Of a stretch of 64,000 nt of DNA, positions 19,989 to 30,299 are shown piece after piece. Below the pieces are notes generated by a model. It saw nothing but the letters and a program-made list of their open reading frames with translations, did no database searches and was not told the DNA's origin. Position 1 is the stretch's first letter. Each line of letters starts with the position of its first letter. A program made the translations under genes and the position numbers. This stretch comes from a bacterium. GTDB taxonomy: Bacteria; UBA10199; 2-02-FULL-50-16; JAJFLM01. The stretch lies in the NCBI GenBank assembly GCA_965216315.1, contig CBDCFN010000016.1, positions 192,001 through 256,000 of the forward strand, given 5' to 3'.

Positions 19989-22508
19989 TTATTTTTTCTG
20001 CCCTTGGGAAATGATTCGCCAAGCGCCACCATAGACGGTCTTCATGTCGGCGAGGTCGGAATGATAAGTGGCCATGATTGAACGGATCTGCGATTCACTT
20101 GCACCCCAAGCCTGGAGCCAGTTACGCAATTTACTTTCCTTGGGAAATTGAATGGCTTTAAGCAGGTGATCGAGATGTTCGGTTGCAATCCCGGCGTCAA
20201 AGGCGGCGACTTCGACGTCAAATTTGTCCGGGTGTTCTTTATCCCGGTCATCCCGGTAGTTTCGTTTGAGAAAATTGAGAATAGCCTTGGACGTGTTCGA
20301 TCCGACCCGAACGAGGTGATAGACTTCTCCACTTTTGAGGTCGAGTTGGACGGTGTCCGGTGTGCGCCATTCAGGAATGTCGCCCCCTTCTTGAACGCGA
20401 ATGATCCTGAGATCGGGATCAATTTCATTGCCGAAGAGTCGAGCTAAATCCCATCGGGACAGATCGAGCTGGTGGGTTTCGAGATTGACGGTCACCGTTA
20501 AGTACATTGCATCCGGCTTACGTGTGTGGTCTTTCGGATTATGACCGTCGGGGGGGCGCATGATGCGTCCCAAGCGTTGAACGGCCCCTCGGCGTGAGCC
20601 GGTCGGCGCGTTATCGATAATCAGACTGGCCATCGGATAGTTGAAGCCGCGTTCGAGCATGCCGATGCTCCAGAGTATGTCGATTTCACCCGACTTGAAG
20701 GCCTCCATCGTGACGTTGCGATCGCCAAAGCGATTGGGCCATTTCTTATGGGGATAATTAATCACGGCGGCTTCGAGGTGACGTTCTCCATTGACGCGGA
20801 CCTGGCGACCTTCCTCATCTTTTTCCATGTCTTGCCAGACGGCGGTGGCTAGAAGTCGCTTACCCTTAATGCGACGGGCATCGACTTTGAGGGTTTGGTA
20901 AAGCGTGTTAAAGAAATCTTTGACTCCATCACGTCGGCCACGACGTAGCGAAGCCATCGCGCGGTCGTAGAGCGGCTCAATTTGTTTCCATTCGCGGCCG
21001 TAAAGAAAACGTTTGAGTTCTTCACCGAAGCCAACGAGTCCGCCCTGCTCAGCGCTGTTTGGATTATATTGGTTGTCCAGCCCGCGTACAATTGTAGAGG
21101 CTTGCATCTGCCGACTACTGGTTAATCCCGACTGAACGCGAAAAATGACCTCAACAAGATCAAAGAGGTCTTGTTGCCAGCGCATGTGTTTTTCGAGTGA
21201 GGTGCGGTCGGCGGCATAGCCAATGGCCTTGCGGACGGTGCGGCTTTTTTGGCGTCCGACACCCACGTCCATGAAGATGTGATCAAGATAAGCACGAACG
21301 GCCGTTTTGACGCCGTAATCACTTGCTGCTGCTGAGGCCACTTTGGACTTATCGACGACTATCGTCCCGTCGCGTTCCACGCGAGTGAATTCACGGAATT
21401 CCGAGGGGTCTGCATTTTCCGGGATATCCATTTCCAAGACCTTGCCGATGACGGGGACGAGCAGACTCTTACGGATGCCTTCGGCCATGGGGGTGTGATA
21501 AAAGACGTTGCCGGGTCCCCATACGGTTGAAAGCGGGATTCCATCAGGGCGGTCCAAAGTTGCGGATCCGCCAAGCATGTAGTGCTTGGAGCGGCTTTGA
21601 AAGTGACCCATTTCATTGAAGAGGCCAAATTCAATCAGGGGGCGAAACCAGCTGGCATGCCAGTCCGGGTCATCGCCGCTGGTGGCGGCGTTGATGTTAC
21701 TTTCTTTGATTCCTTTGAAGACGACCATGTCGGCTTCGTCGAGCACAAACATGACCCGTTGGCGGCCCGCCCAATTTTTTAAAGTCGTTACGGTATTTTC
21801 CTGGGCGAGTTGTTGGTAAGTCCCGACGACAAAACGGTAGCCTTTGAGGTCATCGGCTTCCATGCCGCCCTCAAGAAAGGCGACTTCTTCAGCGGGGAAG
21901 AGGGCCTTGATTTGTTTGGCAAGGTCGAGTGCCGGCTCGGCCTGGTGGCAACCGATCACATAGCGGGCCTTACCGAAGACACCCGGCAATTTTTGTTCCA
22001 AGCGTTGAATGGCAAAACCGTAGGTCAGTGACTTGCCCATGCCGGTGTCCATGCGAAAAATGCCCCGATTCGTGTCCGCAAAGTGTTGAGGGGCGCGATC
22101 AGAGATATAGCGTTGGTCGGGCCGGGGCGTATAAGCGACGGGTTGCTCCAAAGTAATCCGAAAGGATGCGGAGTCTTCATCGATGTCGACAGCGCCGTTT
22201 TCGACCTCGTCGCTTTCGGCGGTCACCGCATTGCGGATGATCCCGATGATGATATCGAGTTCGCGCTGCTGGATACGGCTGCGGCCTTGAGTCAGCCGGT
22301 GCAGTTGCCGTGACATATTCTGGCCGTCAGGTAGCTCCGTGACTAAATCTTGCAAGCTGGTCAAGGCGGTGTTGAGCGCGCGCTGATTACTCGATGAATA
22401 GGCGGTTTCGGCGGCCGTTAACGAGGCCTCAATGGCGGGTAGATTGGCGGCTGCACAGACGCCAATTTGGCCTAAAGATAAAGATGCACTCAGCCCTGGT
22501 GTAAACAT
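19989..22508 (-). CDS. Superfamily 2 helicase (ResIII/RadD-like) with possible C-terminal XRE-type HTH
   Basis: Motif I MDTGMGKS, Ib VVGTYQQL, II LDEAD, III SATLDRPD, V MLERGFNYP, VI QRLGRIMR; C-terminal VAAFDAGIATEHLDHLLKAIQFP resembles an XRE HTH. Confidence 0.85.
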   Translation of the reverse strand: MFTPGLSASLSLGQIGVCAAANLPAIEASLTAAETAYSSSNQRALNTALTSLQDLVTELPDGQNMSRQLHRLTQGRSRIQQRELDIIIGIIRNAVTAESDEVENGAVDIDEDSASFRITLEQPVAYTPRPDQRYISDRAPQHFADTNRGIFRMDTGMGKSLTYGFAIQRLEQKLPGVFGKARYVIGCHQAEPALDLAKQIKALFPAEEVAFLEGGMEADDLKGYRFVVGTYQQLAQENTVTTLKNWAGRQRVMFVLDEADMVVFKGIKESNINAATSGDDPDWHASWFRPLIEFGLFNEMGHFQSRSKHYMLGGSATLDRPDGIPLSTVWGPGNVFYHTPMAEGIRKSLLVPVIGKVLEMDIPENADPSEFREFTRVERDGTIVVDKSKVASAAASDYGVKTAVRAYLDHIFMDVGVGRQKSRTVRKAIGYAADRTSLEKHMRWQQDLFDLVEVIFRVQSGLTSSRQMQASTIVRGLDNQYNPNSAEQGGLVGFGEELKRFLYGREWKQIEPLYDRAMASLRRGRRDGVKDFFNTLYQTLKVDARRIKGKRLLATAVWQDMEKDEEGRQVRVNGERHLEAAVINYPHKKWPNRFGDRNVTMEAFKSGEIDILWSIGMLERGFNYPMASLIIDNAPTGSRRGAVQRLGRIMRPPDGHNPKDHTRKPDAMYLTVTVNLETHQLDLSRWDLARLFGNEIDPDLRIIRVQEGGDIPEWRTPDTVQLDLKSGEVYHLVRVGSNTSKAILNFLKRNYRDDRDKEHPDKFDVEVAAFDAGIATEHLDHLLKAIQFPKESKLRNWLQAWGASESQIRSIMATYHSDLADMKTVYGGAWRIISQGQKK

Positions 22509-22565
22509 AACCCTTCAGTCTCCTCATTTTTGCACCTTCACCCTCTTGCTTATTCTCCATGGCTC

Positions 22566-22592
22566 TCATCGGCTTATTTGGGACGACGTTGC
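22566..22592 (-). promoter_or_regulatory. sigma28(FliA)-like promoter of the helicase operon
   Basis: Minus strand GCAAC-N14-GCCGATGA. Confidence 0.65.
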
Positions 22593-22681
22593 TTTCGAAT
22601 TTCTGCAGCCCGGAAATAGCGCATTCCCGAGTATACGGCCTTTGCCTTGTCCTGGGCGGGCCATCGTGCTAGGGGAAATGC

Positions 22682-24115
22682 ATGACTTTCGACCTGCAAA
22701 GCCTGCTTGAAGCCCGCTGGGGCGAAAATTACGCCTTGCATGCCCAGCACCTCAATCCCCAGCTCGTCCGCGTTCTCCAGACTATCGGCTACGACAAGGT
22801 CTATCGCCGGGGAGAGGGGGCCTATTTGTATGATGATCAGGGCCAGGCCTATCTCGATTTTCTGGCCGGCTACGGGGTCTATAACGTCGGACGCAATCAT
22901 CCGGTCGTGAAGCAGGCCGTAAAAGACGCGATCGATATGGACCTGTCTAATATGGTCCAGATGGACTGTGCGCTATTGGCCGGGGTGTTGGCGGAAAAAC
23001 TTGTCGCGTTAACACCCGAAAGGCTCCAAAAAGTTTTCTTTACCAACTCAGGAACCGAGGCCGTTGAAGGGGCACTTAAACTTGCTCGTGGGGCGACCGG
23101 CCGGACGCGCATCGTCTATACCGACCATGCCTTTCACGGCTTAAGTCTTGGTTCGCTTTCGGCGAATGGCTGCGCTGAATTTCGCGAGGGCTTTGGCGAA
23201 CTTTTGACGGGAACGCAAATTCCTTTCAATGATTTGGCTGCACTTGAAAAAGAATTGAGCGCCAAAGATGTGGCGGCCTTTATCGTTGAGCCTATTCAAG
23301 GCAAGGGCGTCCATGTTCCCGCTGATGACTACCTGTCCGGTGTCCAGGCCCTGTGTCGCAAGTATGGCTCCCTGTTTATTCTCGATGAGGTGCAAACCGG
23401 CTTGGGACGCACGGGTAAGATGTTTGCCGGTGAGCATTGGGGCATCGAACCGGATCTCATGACCGTGGCCAAGGCGCTTTCGGGCGGTTTGGTTCCCGTC
23501 GGCGCCATCTTGATGAGCGACTTTGTCTACAAACGAGTATTTTCCAGTATGGAGCGTTGTGTCGTTCATTCGACGACGTTCGGGCGTAACCAGCTCGCCA
23601 TGGTTGCGGGGCTCGCGACGCTCTCAGTTTTAGAAGAGGAAAAGATCATTCAAAATGCCGCACAACGCGGCGGAGAAATCCTCAATCGCTTGCGCGAGCA
23701 ATTGGCAAGCTACGAGATGTTTGCGGACGTGCGGGGTAAGGGGCTCATGCTCGCGATTGAATTTAAGGCGCCTAAGTCACTCAAACTCAAAGTGGCGTGG
23801 AAGGCGATTCATGCGGCGAATGGCGGCCTTTTTGGGCAGATGCTGACGGTGCCGCTGATGGAAAAACACCGCATCCTGACGCAGGTCGCGGGACACAATA
23901 TGGACGTGATCAAGCTCCTGCCGACGCTAGTGCTGGGTGATGCGGAAGTCGAATTATTTTGTCAGGCATTTGAACAAGTGGTTGCGGATTGTCACCGGGT
24001 TCCGGGCGCAGCATGGGAAGTTGGGATGGGTCTTGCTAAGAAGGCCTTAAAAAAACCGGGGAAGGGACGTGATGATGCCCTTGCAACGACAGAAACGGAG
24101 CTAGCATCCTCATGA
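22682..24115 (+). CDS. hpnO: Class III PLP aminotransferase, HpnO-like (aminohopanoid synthesis)
   Basis: [63 protein letters not shown] match my recollection of HpnO. Confidence 0.75.
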   Translation: MTFDLQSLLEARWGENYALHAQHLNPQLVRVLQTIGYDKVYRRGEGAYLYDDQGQAYLDFLAGYGVYNVGRNHPVVKQAVKDAIDMDLSNMVQMDCALLAGVLAEKLVALTPERLQKVFFTNSGTEAVEGALKLARGATGRTRIVYTDHAFHGLSLGSLSANGCAEFREGFGELLTGTQIPFNDLAALEKELSAKDVAAFIVEPIQGKGVHVPADDYLSGVQALCRKYGSLFILDEVQTGLGRTGKMFAGEHWGIEPDLMTVAKALSGGLVPVGAILMSDFVYKRVFSSMERCVVHSTTFGRNQLAMVAGLATLSVLEEEKIIQNAAQRGGEILNRLREQLASYEMFADVRGKGLMLAIEFKAPKSLKLKVAWKAIHAANGGLFGQMLTVPLMEKHRILTQVAGHNMDVIKLLPTLVLGDAEVELFCQAFEQVVADCHRVPGAAWEVGMGLAKKALKKPGKGRDDALATTETELASS

Positions 24116-24777
24116 AGAAAATCATTTTTTTAATTTGTTTTGTCTTGTGTCTTTCGATGTCGGCGTGGGCTGGAGATAAAGACGATCCGGCTGAGAATGG
24201 GGCTGAAGAGAGTTCCGAGTCGACTGAAGAAGCAGCGCTCATTCCGGAGATTTTGGATGTCGATGAGCGTGATGCGGAGATGTACCGCATTGAATTCACG
24301 CCTTATTTTGGGACGTATATTGGCGATGTGACACGGACGACGTATATGCCGGGGGCGATATTGGACTTTCGTCTGACACCCAAACTCTCGTTTGGAGTTG
24401 ATTTTGGCTGGGCACCTCTCTCCGTGGATCGATCGAGCGCCTTTGGTGCGACCGTCACGAATAAGAATCTCTACTCTATTCAGGGTGTGTTAACGCTCAA
24501 TATGCCTGCGGCCTTTCTCTCCGGTAAAAAAGTCGTAGAGACGGATTTCTTTACGACTCTCGGCGGTGGCGTCATGCGTCTCAATAACTCGACGCGCGGC
24601 GATGGTTTCATCGGTGGAGGCATGAAAATGTATTTTAAAACGGTCAAGTGGTTTGGACTTCGCGCCGAGGTCCGGACAGTTTTCTCGTCCGTCAATAATC
24701 CTGCCGGCAGTGATTTTACCACGGATTGGGTCGTCACCGCGGGCCCGACCTTTATGATCCCGCCGCGCCTGTTCTAG
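24112..24777 (+). CDS. Outer-membrane beta-barrel domain protein
   Basis: Signal peptide (SAWA), alternating amphipathic beta strands, terminal Phe. Confidence 0.65.
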   Translation: MKKIIFLICFVLCLSMSAWAGDKDDPAENGAEESSESTEEAALIPEILDVDERDAEMYRIEFTPYFGTYIGDVTRTTYMPGAILDFRLTPKLSFGVDFGWAPLSVDRSSAFGATVTNKNLYSIQGVLTLNMPAAFLSGKKVVETDFFTTLGGGVMRLNNSTRGDGFIGGGMKMYFKTVKWFGLRAEVRTVFSSVNNPAGSDFTTDWVVTAGPTFMIPPRLF

Positions 24778-24830
24778 ATGGTTGGCCCCATTTTTTACGA
24801 AAATCCGTTAATTTGAGGGTCATTTCAATG

Positions 24831-24857
24831 ACAACGGCCCTCGCTTTCGGTCGATAA
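24831..24857 (+). promoter_or_regulatory. sigma28-like promoter of the 1157-aa gene
   Basis: ACAAC-N14-GTCGATAA. Confidence 0.65.
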
Positions 24858-24880
24858 GCGGCTGATTGGATGGATGACAG

Positions 24881-27800
24881 ATGACCTTACTTTTTGCTCA
24901 ATCTGTCATGGGGCTGACGAACGCGGGGATACTTGCGAGCGGTTCGTTTAGTATCAGTCAGGTAGCCTCTCAGTTGGGTGTCCAGGGGGCTGATACGGCG
25001 GAGCGACTCTTAGGTCTCCGCGCCGAAGTCGGTCAGCTACTCGCACGTGATGAGATCCAATCAGCCCTGCCTACTGAACAACGTGCTCCATTAGCCGCCT
25101 TTGCTGCCGGTCAAGAAGTCGAATCCGAAGTACTCAGTACTCCCTTTCGTGAATTGCTCCGCATTAAGAATGAATTCGATCCGGCGCCGGCTGCGGATGA
25201 TGCTGTCCAAGAGCAGGCCGTTGCTATGGTTCGTGCGGTACCGCGAGGGCAGCTCGGGCAACAACTCTTTGGGGCTCCGGTGAATGCCGGATCCAATCTC
25301 GTACAGCGACCGTTGCAACAGTTGATGGCAAATGCGCGTATCGTGACCCCACTACCCGACGGGCGGATCGACGTTCATATACCTAGCCATGGCAGCTATA
25401 CGAGCCAAGACCTATTCGATTTTTACTGTCTTATCTTTCACCAAGCACAGATCTTTCGTGAATATTTATCCGCCTTGCGGGACCAAGGAGCGGACATCAA
25501 TCGACTGGAATTCTACGTGCAGCAATTAGATACCCGTTTACAGGGAGCACTTCGTTTGCTCAACAACAACAATGCGCGCGGGGCGTGGGCCTATCTCTAT
25601 ACGGCGGATAAATGGATGCGTCAGTTTCAGCAGGGGATCATCGATGTCGCACGGGAGGTCGGCTTCCGCATCGATCCGCAGCGCGGGCGCATCCAACGCA
25701 TGCGGAATATGCCGCCGCCTGCCCAGCTTTTTCAGCCCGTAGCCGATGCCGAGCCCGTCATTGCTCCTCAGCGTATTATTGATGTCCAAGGTCCGCCGCC
25801 GGCGGCAGTAACGCCTGAAATTGTTCATGACGTTAGCGCCGACGTTCAGATTCCGCGGCGCTATCTCATCGTTTATGGTTCAGGGCTCGATCACTCACTC
25901 GATTTCAGAGAACACGATCGCTACTATGTTTATCAGGATCCCTCGCCGTATTCTCAAGATCGCATTAATATCTTTTCAAGGCGTGTTAATTCACAGAGCG
26001 GTTTCTACGGTGTTTTGTATCAGGAAGGAGAACAGCTGATTTTTGAAAACCGCTTAGGGCTTAAACAAGTCGTGACGAGTGGTATCCACCCCGGCAGCTT
26101 GCAAGTCGACCGAGGGAGCCGTCAAGTTCGCCGTCTGCGCCAATCCACGCCCAGTAGCCCCTCCATCAGTGTGCTCCGGCGCTCCGGTGTATGGAATTAT
26201 CATGAAGACCGCAGGAGCCTTCAGTTTGCCGTTCATCCGATCAAGGTAGGGATTATGGCGCTGGTCGAGGCGCAGTTGCGCGCGCAAGGACCCCTTTCCG
26301 CTGAAATGTTATCATTGATTAAAGAGCTGTATCAGCAAGAAGAGTCGGAAGTGATGCGCAATAAACGGGGACGTCTGCATCAGTGGTGCATGGCATTTGT
26401 CAATGAAGATGGACCCCCGCACGGCAGCGGTAACTACAAAGGCGTCGCTGAAAAGTTTGGTAGTGAAGAGGTGCTGGCACTGATCCGTGCAATGATGGCG
26501 GCGCTGCCGCAAAGTCGTTTTTATGGGACCTGGTCGCGGGGGATGCGCATCATTAAGGCCCTTTTGCCGCGGGCCTCGAATAAGGCACAGATGGCTCTGG
26601 TGCCGGTGCTGGTCCGTGCCTACCTGCGCCCGATGGAACTGTCGGGAAGCGATATCGATGGGGAGCCTGTGTATGCCTATTTGGAAGAGCAGCGTTTCGG
26701 CAATCTGACGAGCGGGCTCGAAAAGATGTTGAGTGGTTTAGGGATAAGTGGGCGTCTCGTGGGACTGCGCACTATTGCCAGGGAGATGCAGGGCCAGGAG
26801 GAGGTCTCCCAGCTCTGGCTCACGATGCTGAGCAATGTTGCCGGAAGTTTGCCGCCCGACGCCTTGGTAAGGGAAAGAGAACGCACTGATTCCGCCGAGC
26901 TGCGAATGTTTTTACAGGCGTATGAGCATGGCTTTCCGATGTTGGCGCCGCTTTACAATATGTACCTCGCGGATCCCAATCCTCAGGGCTTTATGATCGA
27001 TACGAGCCGTCAGGTGAACTACTTTCGCCGGGGAGGAACGCTTTATTCACGCAATGTGGAGCGGCATCTCGCCTACGCTTATGCGGGTCTTGACAATCCG
27101 GAACAGCTCGATCTGGACAAATTTGTCCGTGAGATCGAAGTCGTCGATTTGCCGACACCCTTTCTGAATGAGTCGTTTACGGTCCGGGTGCCGCGGGTCC
27201 AGGTCTCTCATGCTGATATCGACAAGGGAATCTTGCGTGAGGCTTACGAAGCCGTGGCCCGTGTCTATACTGTCGATCGTTTGAGTGATTATCTGCAGGA
27301 AGTCCTGGCGAGTCTTCGGCAACATGGCCTGCGCAAATTAAGACAAAATATCGAAGCAGTCTTGAGCCGGTATCAAACCGGTGCTCAGACGAGCGAAAAT
27401 AGAGGTGATGTTGTAACTTCCCAGAACGTCGTCTCGATTGCCGGCGAAATCATGCAGCTGTTGGCCGAACAGAAAAAATTAAATAATCAGTCGCGCGAGG
27501 TGCTGGCCAATCTGACGATTGGAACGGCGGCGACGGATGAAGATTCCGCTCATCTGATAGCGACCTTGTCAACCTATCACGATAAAGTTGCGCCTCAACA
27601 ACTTGTCGACATACTGAACGCACTCCGTGAGTTCTATGGCGATAGTGTCGGGACGGTTTTGAGTGCACTTCAACCCGAGCCACGCATTGGATTTATTACT
27701 AAAATGCGAAAGCGTTTGCAGCAGCAGGCCGACCGCATCAAAACGCAGTCAGCTGACATGATGGCCATTGAGTGTGTCCCGTCTAAATCTCAAGCGGATG

Positions 27801-28354
27801 CCTTCGCCGGCTATGTCGGTGAAGATTGTAGTAAGGGTAGGTGGAAGCAAGAGATTAAGCGCAAGGATACTCAGGTCTATCGGATGATTCACAATAACCG
27901 TTTGGTCGGCGTGCTTTATCTTAAGCGTGATACACTCGACGGTAAGGTTGTGCTTAACTTGGGGATTGAGCCGCGGAGTCGTTTCCGTGTCGATCACAAG
28001 GCGTTATTAAAAGGGGTTACGGATCAATTTATCGCGATGATGGAGCAATACGATTATGACTACATCCTTATCTCAGTCAATTCACATGAACGTTCCAATC
28101 GCCCTGATATGAATAAGGCGATAGATGAGCAGTTTACCCGCCGGGTACACTTTAATCAGGCCATCAGCGGTAAGATTTTTTCGGGACATGATTTCCTCGT
28201 CGTGTGGAAGCGACCGCCCGATCTCAATAAAGGACGGCCTCCTCATATTGATGACGCTATTTCCATGAGTGCACGCACGATGCCGCTGAGTGGCGATATG
28301 CCCATAGAGGCGATTCCGCCGGCCCTGCGTCCCTCTGATGACGAGAGTGATTAG
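24881..28354 (+). CDS. Large hypothetical protein (1157 aa) with possible C-terminal GNAT-like fold
   Basis: Long ORF with charge-free N-terminus; C-terminal AGYVGEDC...YRMIHNNRLVGVLYL...LNLGIEP beta-rich segment. Confidence 0.8.
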   Translation: MTLLFAQSVMGLTNAGILASGSFSISQVASQLGVQGADTAERLLGLRAEVGQLLARDEIQSALPTEQRAPLAAFAAGQEVESEVLSTPFRELLRIKNEFDPAPAADDAVQEQAVAMVRAVPRGQLGQQLFGAPVNAGSNLVQRPLQQLMANARIVTPLPDGRIDVHIPSHGSYTSQDLFDFYCLIFHQAQIFREYLSALRDQGADINRLEFYVQQLDTRLQGALRLLNNNNARGAWAYLYTADKWMRQFQQGIIDVAREVGFRIDPQRGRIQRMRNMPPPAQLFQPVADAEPVIAPQRIIDVQGPPPAAVTPEIVHDVSADVQIPRRYLIVYGSGLDHSLDFREHDRYYVYQDPSPYSQDRINIFSRRVNSQSGFYGVLYQEGEQLIFENRLGLKQVVTSGIHPGSLQVDRGSRQVRRLRQSTPSSPSISVLRRSGVWNYHEDRRSLQFAVHPIKVGIMALVEAQLRAQGPLSAEMLSLIKELYQQEESEVMRNKRGRLHQWCMAFVNEDGPPHGSGNYKGVAEKFGSEEVLALIRAMMAALPQSRFYGTWSRGMRIIKALLPRASNKAQMALVPVLVRAYLRPMELSGSDIDGEPVYAYLEEQRFGNLTSGLEKMLSGLGISGRLVGLRTIAREMQGQEEVSQLWLTMLSNVAGSLPPDALVRERERTDSAELRMFLQAYEHGFPMLAPLYNMYLADPNPQGFMIDTSRQVNYFRRGGTLYSRNVERHLAYAYAGLDNPEQLDLDKFVREIEVVDLPTPFLNESFTVRVPRVQVSHADIDKGILREAYEAVARVYTVDRLSDYLQEVLASLRQHGLRKLRQNIEAVLSRYQTGAQTSENRGDVVTSQNVVSIAGEIMQLLAEQKKLNNQSREVLANLTIGTAATDEDSAHLIATLSTYHDKVAPQQLVDILNALREFYGDSVGTVLSALQPEPRIGFITKMRKRLQQQADRIKTQSADMMAIECVPSKSQADAFAGYVGEDCSKGRWKQEIKRKDTQVYRMIHNNRLVGVLYLKRDTLDGKVVLNLGIEPRSRFRVDHKALLKGVTDQFIAMMEQYDYDYILISVNSHERSNRPDMNKAIDEQFTRRVHFNQAISGKIFSGHDFLVVWKRPPDLNKGRPPHIDDAISMSARTMPLSGDMPIEAIPPALRPSDDESD

Positions 28355-28425
28355 CTGCGGGTTGGCGAAAAATTATCCAAGTTATTCCAGCAAGTTAGCT
28401 CGCCTTCACCGGTCCTTTTTTTCAC

Positions 28426-28452
28426 ACAACAATTTTCGAGAAGTTGCGATAA
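28426..28452 (+). promoter_or_regulatory. sigma28-like promoter of the Cys-repeat lipoprotein
   Basis: ACAAC-N14-TGCGATAA. Confidence 0.6.
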
Positions 28453-28507
28453 GCGCCCCGATATGGCAACGCCTGGGAGGACACCGGGCAACAAGGGGTT
28501 CCAAGCT

Positions 28508-29698
28508 ATGAATAAGATAAAATTGAAGATTTTTTTTCAAATAACGGCCTTCGTTTTAACGGTAGGATTATTGAGCGCGTGCGGTGACGATCAAGGGATT
28601 CGCGAGCCGCTCTTAGAGCCTGAAGCGGAGACAACAATATCGCCCTCGGTTGGGACCAATAATTTTGCCGTCGTTCGCGGGAACTATTTTCTTTTAGCCA
28701 GCAACTGTCCTCAAGATGACTCTGCTTTGCGCGTGTCTCAGGAACAAGAATCCGTCTTTATGCAAGGTGGGTTTACTTTTAATGACCCTGATGAATTGCT
28801 CGTCGGCTTTGTCAATGAAACGGGCCTGGTCCGTTTTTTCGGTGACAATAAGAACTCGGATCCCAATTGCACGGCTCAGGTTGATGCGGGTGTAATGCGC
28901 GGATCTTGTACCTATACCGATGGAATTGAGCAGACGACATGCCGCTATGTGTATAGTACCCTGATCGAAGGCGATTATCAGCCGGTCTTCAATGAATGCG
29001 AGGGTGACGGAACCGCCCTGGAAATACGCCAGACAGGCAGCGAAGTGACACTGACCGACGGATTTGACTACATTAAGACGGGGGGTACCGAAACGCACAA
29101 CGGCGTTATTGAGAACGGCGAGATCGCTTTTAATATTGACGTGATTAGCAATAGCGGCGCCATTACGGATCCCATCACAACGGACCAGCACAACTGTGAA
29201 GGGGTAGTCAGTGGCAACCTCTTTAGTGGTCGTTGCCGGGACCTAACCGTTGAGCCGGCGACTGTCTGTACTTTTGCCTTTGAAAATACGCTTAGAACAG
29301 CCGGCGTTGACTTGAATGATGACGGTTTATTTCCTTCTCCGGCAATTACGCCGAATCCCACCCCGACAGTCGTGTCAAATATTGCCGGGACTTATGCGCT
29401 GGTCAGTAACGACTGCGAAGACGACGGGGGCAATATCGAGATCTCTCAGGTCGGCAGCACGCTTGGTTTTATCGGTGGGTTTGATTATCAGTCCCCGGAT
29501 CCTGATATCTATGCGGGCAGCATGATCGATAATGCGACGTTCAATTTTTCAGCGTTGGGACCAACCGAGCGGGCTTTTTGCTCAGCGGCCGTTATCTTCG
29601 CTCCGAATGGCGTGAATGGCTTTACCGGCAACTGCAACGTCGTGGACGCGAGCAGCAATCCGGTTGAGACGTGTGCCTTCTCTTATACGAAGATATAA
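28508..29698 (+). CDS. Lipoprotein with three 4-Cys beta-rich repeats
   Basis: MNKIKLK...LLSAC lipobox; three copies of G.Y....N.C....I.Q.....GF...C...G.C....C.(F/Y). Confidence 0.8.
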   Translation: MNKIKLKIFFQITAFVLTVGLLSACGDDQGIREPLLEPEAETTISPSVGTNNFAVVRGNYFLLASNCPQDDSALRVSQEQESVFMQGGFTFNDPDELLVGFVNETGLVRFFGDNKNSDPNCTAQVDAGVMRGSCTYTDGIEQTTCRYVYSTLIEGDYQPVFNECEGDGTALEIRQTGSEVTLTDGFDYIKTGGTETHNGVIENGEIAFNIDVISNSGAITDPITTDQHNCEGVVSGNLFSGRCRDLTVEPATVCTFAFENTLRTAGVDLNDDGLFPSPAITPNPTPTVVSNIAGTYALVSNDCEDDGGNIEISQVGSTLGFIGGFDYQSPDPDIYAGSMIDNATFNFSALGPTERAFCSAAVIFAPNGVNGFTGNCNVVDASSNPVETCAFSYTKI

Positions 29699-29716
29699 CC
29701 GCCGCTGAAAACAACG

Positions 29717-29992
29717 CTAAGAACTGCTTGGCTTGATGACACGGCCCTGCTTGTCTTTAAAAGAGCCGATCGCGATCATGATAAAGTCAATCAGCGTCCA
29801 GAAACCCAAGGCTCCTAAAGTCACGAGCATGAGGATGCCGGTTCCGATCTTGCCGACGAAAAAACGGTGGACCCCGAAACTACCTAAGAAAAAACATAAG
29901 AGCAGGGTCGGTATATAATCTTTATCGCTGACTTCGACAGGGGCGCCGCTGGCCGCTGCACTATTTGCTGTTGGGTTTGACATATCTTGCAT
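29717..29992 (-). CDS. TM2 domain membrane protein
   Basis: LLCFFLGSFGVHRFFVGKIGTGIL...W.LID.I.I..G.FKD. Confidence 0.9.
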   Translation of the reverse strand: MQDMSNPTANSAAASGAPVEVSDKDYIPTLLLCFFLGSFGVHRFFVGKIGTGILMLVTLGALGFWTLIDFIMIAIGSFKDKQGRVIKPSSS

Positions 29993-30296
29993 GGATTTCC
30001 CTCCGCTTGTTTAAGTTCTGACCGGGATAGCACACATAGGCGCCTTCCCCATCCTTAAAGGTTCCTGTTAATAACATAATCGTCGTCACGAGGGAATGTA
30101 ATAAATCGAGGCCGAGAAATAAGCCAAATAAGAGAAAATTTTCGACGATCAGGGCATAGATCCAGCCCGCAGTCAGAGCGACATCGATGGCGCCTTCCAA
30201 GTAACGGCCCAAATAAAAGTGCTGGAGGCCGATGAGGCCCAAAACGGAGGAGAGGGAGACCGCGAGGCCGAAACTTTTTTTAGACTTCTTCTTCAT
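29961..30296 (-). CDS. TM2 domain membrane protein
   Basis: KKSFGLAVSLSSVLGLIGLQHFYLG...GTFKD. Confidence 0.8.
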   Translation of the reverse strand: MKKKSKKSFGLAVSLSSVLGLIGLQHFYLGRYLEGAIDVALTAGWIYALIVENFLLFGLFLGLDLLHSLVTTIMLLTGTFKDGEGAYVCYPGQNLNKRREIHARYVKPNSK

Positions 30297-30299
30297 GAA

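Noticed and set aside
19989..22508. Type I or III restriction enzyme subunit
   Set aside because: No PD-(D/E)xK or PLD motif recognised and no methyltransferase or specificity gene nearby.
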